From Auanema rhodensis (Eukaryota; Animalia; Nematoda), in the NCBI GenBank assembly GCA_964057225.1, contig OZ059896.1:23374001-23438000 (forward strand): 64,000 nt of DNA, read 5' to 3'. Each line of letters starts with the position of its first letter. The stretch's first letter is position 1. Below the pieces are notes generated by a model that saw only the letters and a list, made by a program, of their open reading frames with translations, had not been told where the DNA came from and made no database searches. The position numbers and the translations under genes are program-made. This document shows, piece by piece, positions 54,385-64,000 of this stretch.

Positions 54385-57300
54385 TCCCCATGTCCATATT
54401 AGTCTAAAAACAAATTTTTATTAATATTGGTTCATGGTAACCATGTCTTTGAAATTTACGTGAACTTTAATTTATGCTAATTAAATGTACACGTGATGTG
54501 CACTTGGTATGTAACTCGCTTCACGTAAAAGATAAAGAGATGCGGTCTTCAAAATTAGATTCCCCATGTCCATATTAGTCTAAAAACAAATTTTTATTGA
54601 TATTAGTTCATGGTAACCATGACTTTGAAATTTACGTGAACTTTAATTTATGCTAATTAAATGTACACGTGATGTGCACTTGGTATGTAACTCGCTTCAC
54701 GTGAAAGATAAAGAGATGCGGTTTTCAAAATTAGATTCCCCATGTCCATATTAGTCTAAAAACAAATTTTTATTGATATTGCTTCATGGTAACCATGACT
54801 TTGAAATTTACGTGAACTTTAATTTATGCTAATTAAATGTACACGTGATGTGCACTTGGTATGTAACTCGCTTCACGTGAAAGATAAAGAGATGCGGTTT
54901 TCAAAATTAGATTCCCCATGTCCATATTAGTCTAAAAACAAATTTTTATTAATATTGGTTCATGGTAACCATGTCTTTGAAATTTACGTGAACTTTAATT
55001 TATGCTAATTAAATGTACACGTGATGTGCACTTGGTATGTAACTCGCTTCACGTGAAAGATAAAGAGATGCGGTTTTCAAAATTAGATTCCCCATGTCCA
55101 TATTAGTCTAAAAACAAATTTTTATTGATATTGGTTCATGGTAACCATGACTTTGAAATTTACGTGAACTTTAATTTATGCTAATTAAATGTACACGTGA
55201 TGTGCACTTGGTATGTAACTCGCTTCACGTGAAAGATAAAGAGATGCGGTTTTCAAAATTAGATTCCCCATGTCCATATTAGTCTAAAAACAAATTTTTA
55301 TTAATATTGGTTCATGGTAACCATGACTTTGAAATTTACGTGAACTTTAATTTATGCTAATTAAATGTACACGTGATGTGCACTTGGTATGTAACTCGCT
55401 TCACGTGAAAGATAAAGAGATGCGGTTTTCAAAATTAGATTCCCCATGTCCATATTAGTCTAAAAACAAATTTTTATTAATATTGGTTCATGGTAACCAT
55501 GTCTTTGAAATTTACGTGAACTTTAATTTATGCTAATTAAATGTACACGTGATGTGCACTTGGTATGTAACTCGCTTCACGTGAAAGATAAAGAGATGCG
55601 GTTTTCAAAATTAGATTCCCCATGTCCATATTAGTCTTAAAACAAATTTTTATTAATATTGGTTCATGGTAACCATGTCTTTGAAATTTACGTGAACTTT
55701 AATTTATGCTAATTAAATGTACACGTGATGTGCACTTGGTATGTAACTCGCTTCACGTGAAAGATAAAGAGATGCGGTTTTCAAAATTAGATTCCCCATG
55801 TCCATATTAGTCTAAAAACAAATTTTTATTAATATTGGTTCATGGTAACCATGTCTTTGAAATTTACGTGAACTTTAATTTATGCTAATTAAATGTACAC
55901 GTGATGTGCACTTGGTATGTAACTCGCTTCACGTGAAAGATAAAGAGATGCGGTTTTCAAAATTAGATTCCCCATGTCCATATTAGTCTAAAAACAAATT
56001 TTTATTAATATTGGTTCATGGTAACCATGTCTTTGAAATTTACGTGAACTTTAATTTATGCTAATTAAATGTACACGTGATGTGCACTTGGTATGTAACT
56101 CGCTTCACGTGAAAGATAAAGAGATGCGGTTTTCAAAATTAGATTCCCCATGTCCATATTAGTCTAAAAACAAATTTTTATTAATATTGGTTCATGGTAA
56201 CCATGACTTTGAAATTTACGTGAACTTTAATTTATGCTAATTAAATGTACACGTGATGTGCACTTGGTATGTAACTCGCTTCACGTGAAAGATAAAGAGA
56301 TGCGGTTTTCAAAATTAGATTCCCCATGTCCATATTAGTCTAAAAACAAATTTTTATTAATATTGGTTCATGGTAACCATGTCTTTGAAATTTACGTGAA
56401 CTTTAATTTATGCTAATTAAATGTACACGTGATGTGCACTTGGTATGTAACTCGCTTCACGTGAAAGATAAAGAGATGCGGTTTTCAAAATTAGATTCCC
56501 CATGACCATATTAGTCTAAAAACAAATTTTTATTGATATTGGTTCAAGGTAACCATGACTTTGAAATTTACGTGAACTTTAATTTATGCTAATTAAATGT
56601 ACACATGATGTGCACTTGGTATGTAACTCGCTTCATGTGAAAGATAAAGAGATGCGGTTTTCAAAATTAGATTCCCCATGTCCATATTAGTCTAAAAACA
56701 AATTTTTATTAATATTGGTTCATGGTAACCATGTCTTTGAAATTTACGTGAACTTTAATTTATGCTAATTAAATGTACACGTGATGTGCACTTGGTATGT
56801 AACTCGCTTCACGTGAAAGATAAAGAGATGCGGTTTTCAAAATTAGATTCCCCATGTCCATATTAGTCTAAAAACAAATTTTTATTAATATTGGTTCATG
56901 GTAACCATGTCTTTGAAATTTACGTGAACTTTAATTTATGCTAATTAAATGTACACGTGATGTGCACTTGGTATGTAACTCGCTTCACGTGAAAGATAAA
57001 GAGATGCGGTTTTCAAAATTAGATTCCCCATGTCCATATTAGTCTAAAAACAAATTTTTATTGATATTGGTTCATGGTAAACATGACTTTGAAATTTACG
57101 TGAACTTTAATTTATGCTAATTAAATGTACACGTGATGTGCACTTGGTATGTAACTCGCTTCACGTGTAAGATAAAGAGATGCGGTTTTCAAAATTAGAT
57201 TCCCCATGTCCATATTAGTCTAAAAACAAATTGTTATTGATATTGGTTCATGGTAACCATGTCTTTGAAATTTTCGTGAACTTTAATTTATGCTAATTAA

Positions 57301-60300
57301 ATGTACACGTGATGTGCACTTGGTATGTAACTCGCTTCATGTGAAAGATAAAGAGATGCGGTTTTCAAAATTAGATTCCCCATGTCCATATTAGTCTAAA
57401 AACAAATTTTTATTAATATTGGTTCATGGTAACCATGTCTTTGAAATTTACGTGAACTTTAATTTATGCTAATTAAATGTACACGTGATGTGCTCTTGGT
57501 ATGTAACTCGCTTCACGTGAAAGATAAAGAGATGCGGTTTTCAAAATTAGATTCCCCATGTCCATATTAGTCTAAAAACAAATTTTTATTAATATTGGCT
57601 CATGGTAACCATGTCTTTGAAATTTACGTGAACTTTAATTTATGCTAATTAAATGTACACGTGATGTGCACTTGGTATGTAACTCGCTTCACGTGAAAGA
57701 AAAAGAGATGCGGTTTTCAAAATTAGATTCCCCATGTCCATATTAGTCTAAAAACAAATTTTTATTGATATTGGTTCATGGTAACCATGACTTTGAAATT
57801 TACGTGAACTTTAATTTATGCTAATTAAATGTACACGTGATGTGCACTTGGTATGTAACTCGCTTCACGTGAAAGATAAAGAGATGCGGTTTTCAAAATT
57901 AGATTCCCCATTTCCATATTAGTCTAAAAACAAATTTTTATTAATATTGGTTCATGGTAACCATGTCTTTGAAATTTACGTGAACTTTAATTTATGCTAA
58001 TTAAATGTACACGTGATGTGCACTTGGTATGTAACTCGCTTCACGTGAAAGATAAAGAGATGCGGTTTTCAAAATTAGATTCCCCATGTCCATATTAGTC
58101 TAAAAACAAATTTTTATTGATATTGGTTCATGGTAACCATGATTTTGAAATTTACGTGAACTTTAATTTATGCTAATTAAATGTACACGTGATGTGCACT
58201 TGGTATGTAACTCGCTTCACGTGAAAGATAAAGAGATGCGGTTTTCAAAATTGGATTGCCCATGTCCATATTAGTCTAAAAACAAATTTTTATTAATATT
58301 GGTTCATGGTAACCATGACTTTGAAATTTACGTGAACTTTAATTTATGCTAATTAAATGTACACGTGATGTGCACTTGGTATGTAACTCGCTTCACGTGA
58401 AAGATAAAGAGATGCGGTTTTCAAAATTAGATTCCCCATGTCCATATTAGTCTAAAAACAAATTTTTATTAATATTGGTTCATGGTAACCATGTCTTTGA
58501 AATTTACGTGAACTTTAATTTATGCTAATTAAATGTACACGTGATGTGCACTTGGTATGTAACTCGCTTCACGTGAAAGATAAAGAGATGCGGTTTTCAA
58601 AATTAAATTCCCCATGTCCATATTAGTCTAAAAACAAATTTTTATTGATATTGGTTCATGGTAACCATGACTTTGAAATTTACGTGAACTTTAATTTATG
58701 CTAATTAAATGTACACGTGATGTGCACTTGGTATGTAACTCGCTTCACGTGTAAGATAAAGAGATGCGGTTTTCAAAATTAGATTCCCCATGTCCATATT
58801 AGTCTAAAAACAAATTTTTATTGATATTGGTTCATGGTAACCATGTCTTTGAAATTTTCGTGAACTTTAATTTATGCTAATTAAATGTACACGTGATGTG
58901 CACTTGGTATGTAACTCGCTTCACGTGAAAGATAAAGAGATGCGGTTTTCAAAATTAGATTCCCCATGTCCATATTAGTCTAAAAACAAATTTTTATTGA
59001 TATTGGTTCATGGTAACCATGACTTTGAAATTTACGTGAACTTTAATTTATGCTAATTAAATGTACACGTGATGTGCACTTGGTATGTAACTCGCTTCAC
59101 GTGAAAGATAAAGAGATGCGGTTTTCAAAATTAGATTCCCCATGTCCATATTAGTCTAAAAACAAATTTTTATTGATATTGGTTCATGGTAACCATGACT
59201 TTGAAATTTACGTGAACTTTAATTTATGCTAATTAAATGTACACGTGATGTGCACTTGGTATGTAACTCGCTTTACGTGAAAGATAAAGAGATGCGGTTT
59301 TCAAAATTAGATTCCCCATGTCCATATTAGTCTAAAAACAAATTTTTATTAATATTGGTTCATGGTAACCATGTCTTTGAAATTTACGTGAACTTTAATT
59401 TATGCTAATTAAATGTACACGTGATGTGCACTTGGTATGTAACTCGCTTCACGTGAAAGATAAAGAGATGCGGTTTTCAAAATTAGATTCTTCATGTCCA
59501 TATTAGTCTAAAAACAAATTTTTATTAATATTGGTTCATGGTAACCATGTCTTTGAAATTTACGTGAACTTTAATTTATGCTAATTAAATGTACACGTGA
59601 TGTGCACTTGGTATGTAACTCGCTTCACGTGAAAGATAAAGAGATGCGGTTTTCAAAATTAGATTCCCCATGTCCATATTAGTCTAAAAACAAATTTTTA
59701 TTAATATTGGTTCATGGTAACCATGTCTTTGAAATTTACGTGAACTTTAATTTATGCTAATTAAATGTACACGTGATGTGCACTTGGTATGTAACTCGCT
59801 TCACGTGAAAGATAAAGAGATGCGGTTTTCAAAATTAGATTCCCCATGTCCATATTAGTCTAAAAACAAATTTTTATTGATATTGGTTCATGGTAACCAT
59901 GACTTTGAAATTTACGTGAACTTTAATTTATGCTAATTAAATGTACACGTGATGTGCACTTGGTATGTAACTCGCTTCACGTGAAAGATAAAGAGATGCG
60001 GTTTTCAAAATTAGATTCCCCATTTCCATATTAGTCTAAAAACAAATTTTTATTAATATTGGTTCATGGTAACCATGTCTTTGAAATTTACGTGAACTTT
60101 AATTTATGCTAATTAAATGTACACGTGATGTGCACTTGGTATGTAACTCGCTTCACGTGAAAGATAAAGAGATGCGGTTTTCAAAATTAGATTCCCCATG
60201 TCCATATTAGTCTAAAAACAAATTTTTATTGATATTGGTTCATGGTAACCATGATTTTGAAATTTACGTGAACTTTAATTTATGCTAATTAAATGTACAC

Positions 60301-60720
60301 GTGATGTGCACTTGGTATGTAACTCGCTTCACGTGAAAGATAAAGAAATGCGGTTTTCAAAATTAGATTCCCCATGTCCATTTTAGTCTAAAAACAAATT
60401 TTTATTGATATTGGTTCATGGTAACCATGTCTTTGAAATTTACGTGAACTTTAATTTATGCTAATTAAATGTACACGTGATGTGCACTTGGTATGTAACT
60501 CGCTTCACGTGAAAGATAAAGAGATGCGGTTTTCAAAATTAGATTCCCCATGTCCATATTAGTCTAAAAACAAATTTTTATTAATATTGGTTCATGGTAA
60601 CCATGTCTTTGAAATTTACGTGAACTTTAATTTATGCTAATTAAATGTACACGTGATGTGCACTTGGTATGTAACTCGCTTCACGTGAAAGATAAAGAGA
60701 TGCGGTTTTCAAAATTAGAT

Positions 60721-62128
60721 TCCCCATCTCCATATTAGTCTAAAAACAAATTTTTATTTATATTGGTTCATGGTAACCATGTCTTTGAAATTTACGTGAA
60801 CTTTAATTTATGCTAATTAAATGTACACGTGATGTGCACTTGGTATGTAACTCGCTTCACGTGAAAGATAAAGAGATGCGGTTTTCAAAATTAGATTCCC
60901 CATGTCCATATTAGTCTAAAAACAAATTTTTATTAATATTGGTTCATGGTAACCATGTCTTTGAAATTTACGTGAACTTTAATTTATGCTAATTAAATGT
61001 ACACGTGATGTGCACTTGGTATGTAACTCGCTTCACGTAAAAGATAAAGAGATGCGGTCTTCAAAATTAGATTCCCCATGTCCATATTAGTCTAAAAACA
61101 AATTTTTATTGATATTAGTTCATGGTAACCATGACTTTGAAATTTACGTGAACTTTAATTTATGCTAATTAAATGTACACGTGATGTGCACTTGGTATGT
61201 AACTCGCTTCACGTGAAAGATAAAGAGATGCGGTTTTCAAAATTAGATTCCCCATGTCCATATTAGTCTAAAAACAAATTTTTATTGATATTGCTTCATG
61301 GTAACCATGACTTTGAAATTTACGTGAACTTTAATTTATGCTAATTAAATGTACACGTGATGTGCACTTGGTATGTAACTCGCTTCACGTGAAAGATAAA
61401 GAGATGCGGTTTTCAAAATTAGATTCCCCATCTCCATATTAGTCTAAAAACAAATTTTTATTAATATTGGTTCATGGTAACCATGTCTTTGAAATTTACG
61501 TGAACTTTAATTTATGCTAATTAAATGTACACGTGATGTGCACTTGGTATGTAACTCGCTTCACGTGAAAGATAAAGAGATGCGGTTTTCAAAATTAGAT
61601 TCCCCATGTCCATATTAGTCTAAAAACAAATTTTTATTAATATTGGTTCATGGTAACCATGTCTTTGAAATTTACGTGAACTTTAATTTATGCTAATTAA
61701 ATGTACACGTGATGTGCACTTGGTATGTAACTCGCTTCACGTAAAAGATAAAGAGATGCGGTCTTCAAAATTAGATTCCCCATGTCCATATTAGTCTAAA
61801 AACAAATTTTTATTGATATTAGTTCATGGTAACCATGACTTTGAAATTTACGTGAACTTTAATTTATGCTAATTAAATGTACACGTGATGTGCACTTGGT
61901 ATGTAACTCGCTTCACGTGAAAGATAAAGAGATGCGGTTTTCAAAATTAGATTCCCCATGTCCATATTAGTCTAAAAACAAATTTTTATTGATATTGCTT
62001 CATGGTAACCATGACTTTGAAATTTACGTGAACTTTAATTTATGCTAATTAAATGTACACGTGATGTGCACTTGGTATGTAACTCGCTTCACGTGAAAGA
62101 TAAAGAGATGCGGTTTTCAAAATTAGAT
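60721..62128 (+). repeat. Tetramer (704 bp) tandem duplication: m346-349 = m350-353
   Basis: The order G8C / G143A+T163C / G45A / G46C occurs twice in a row. Confidence 0.9.
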
Positions 62129-64000
62129 TCCCCATGTCCATATTAGTCTAAAAACAAATTTTTATTAATATTGGTTCATGGTAACCATGTCTTTGAAATT
62201 TACGTGAACTTTAATTTATGCTAATTAAATGTACACGTGATGTGCACTTGGTATGTAACTCGCTTCACGTGAAAGATAAAGAGATGCGGTTTTCAAAATT
62301 AGATTCCCCATGTCCATATTAGTCTAAAAACAAATTTTTATTGATATTGGTTCATGGTAACCATGACTTTGAAATTTACGTGAACTTTAATTTATGCTAA
62401 TTAAATGTACACGTGATGTGCACTTGGTATGTAACTCGCTTCACGTGAAAGATAAAAAGATGCGGTTTTCAAAATTAGATTCCCCATTTCCATATTAGTC
62501 TAAAAACAAATTTTTATTAATATTGGTTCATGGTAACCATGACTTTGAAATTTACGTGAACTTTAATTTATGCTAATTAAATGTACACGTGATGTGCACT
62601 TGGTATGTAACTCGCTTCACGTGAAAGATAAAGAGATGCGGTTTTCAAAATTAGATTCCCCATGTCCATATTAGTCTAAAAACAAATTTTTATTAATATT
62701 GGTTCATGGTAACCATGTCTTTGAAATTTACGTGAACTTTAATTTATGCTAATTAAATGTACACGTGATGTGCACTTGGTATGTAACTCGCTTCACGTGA
62801 AAGATAAAGAGATGCGGTTTTCAAAATTAGATTCCCCATGTCCATATTAGTCTTAAAACAAATTTTTATTAATATTGGTTCATGGTAACCATGTCTTTGA
62901 AATTTACGTGAACTTTAATTTATGCTAATTAAATGTACACGTGATGTGCACTTGGTATGTAACTCGCTTCACGTGAAAGATAAAGCGATGCGGTTTTCAA
63001 AATTAGATTCCCCATGTCCATATTAGTCTAAAAACAAATTTTTATTAATATTGGTTCATGGTAACCATGTCTTTGAAATTTACGTGAACTTTAATTTATG
63101 CTAATTAAATGTACACGTGATGTGCACTTGGTATGTAACTCGCTTCACGTGAAAGATAAAGAGATGCGGTTTTCAAAATTAGATTCCCCATGTCCATATT
63201 AGTCTAAAAACAAATTTTTATTAATATTGGTTCATGGTAACCATGTCTTTGAAATTTACGTGAACTTTAATTTATGCTAATTAAATGTACACGTGATGTG
63301 CACTTGGTATGTAACTCGCTTCACGTAAAAGATAAAGAGATGCGGTCTTCAAAATTAGATTCCCCATGTCCATATTAGTCTAAAAACAAATTTTTATTGA
63401 TATTAGTTCATGGTAACCATGACTTTGAAATTTACGTGAACTTTAATTTATGCTAATTAAATGTACACGTGATGTGCACTTGGTATGTAACTCGCTTCAC
63501 GTGAAAGATAAAGAGATGCGGTTTTCAAAATTAGATTCCCCATGTCCATATTAGTCTAAAAACAAATTTTTATTGATATTGCTTCATGGTAACCATGACT
63601 TTGAAATTTACGTGAACTTTAATTTATGCTAATTAAATGTACACGTGATGTGCACTTGGTATGTAACTCGCTTCACGTGAAAGATAAAGAGATGCGGTTT
63701 TCAAAATTAGATTCCCCATGTCCATATTAGTCTAAAAACAAATTTTTATTAATATTGGTTCATGGTAACCATGTCTTTGAAATTTACGTGAACTTTAATT
63801 TATGCTAATTAAATGTACACGTGATGTGCACTTGGTATGTAACTCGCTTCACGTGAAAGATAAAGAGATGCGGTTTTCAAAATTAGATTCCCCATGTCCA
63901 TATTAGTCTAAAAACAAATTTTTATTAATATTGGTTCATGGTAACCATGTCTTTGAAATTTACGTGAACTTTAATTTATGCTAATTAAATGTACACGTGA

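Larger units (their letters stand above)
1..64000 (+). repeat. 176-bp tandem satellite DNA array (~363.6 monomers), centromeric/pericentromeric-like
   Basis: The unit TCCCCATGTCCATATTAGTC...GGTTTTCAAAATTAGAT restarts at 1, 177, 353 and so on, and at 63889 (=363*176+1). Every 2640 bp (15 units) a line starts in the same phase. Monomers usually differ from consensus by 0-5 substitutions. The centromeric role is inferred only from monomer length and homogeneity. Confidence 0.99.

Noticed and set aside
1-64000. CRISPR array or other repeat-spacer system, suggested by the palindromic motifs at regular spacing
   Set aside because: There are no unique spacers, the entire 176 bp is repeated, and no cas or other genes are present.
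1-64000. Embedded transposon, strand inversion or telomeric repeat
   Set aside because: Phase and orientation are unbroken throughout, and no non-satellite sequence was seen.
1-64000. A fixed 15-monomer (2640-bp) higher-order repeat
   Set aside because: This is a display artefact: 2640 is the least common multiple of 176 and the 60-base line width, and variants do not recur at that period.

Overview
The whole 64,000-bp window is one uninterrupted head-to-tail tandem array of a 176-bp, AT-rich (~31% GC) satellite monomer: 363 full copies plus a 112-bp partial copy, all on the same strand. It holds no unique sequence, genes, RNA genes, transposons or CRISPR spacers. Size and homogeneity resemble a eukaryotic centromeric or pericentromeric satellite, but organism and function cannot be established from sequence alone. 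Monomer n (m1-m364) starts at (n-1)*176+1; variants are named by position in the monomer. The 176-bp phase never slips, and monomers differ only by substitutions. Read by eye, these substitutions show (i) two linked major monomer haplotypes; (ii) a hidden nested higher-order structure in which a ~43-monomer cycle alternates with a ~80-monomer cycle, giving ~24-32 kb super-repeats; (iii) many recent tandem duplications of 2, 3, 4, 8, 18 and 20 monomers; and (iv) a distinct variant island flanked by a direct duplication. The monomer is densely packed with short dyads and carries three ACGTGA/E-box motifs 32-33 bp apart. The four 60-aa ORFs are chance read-throughs of a single stop codon. I found no evidence of a novel protein-coding system. 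All variant counts are manual and approximate.
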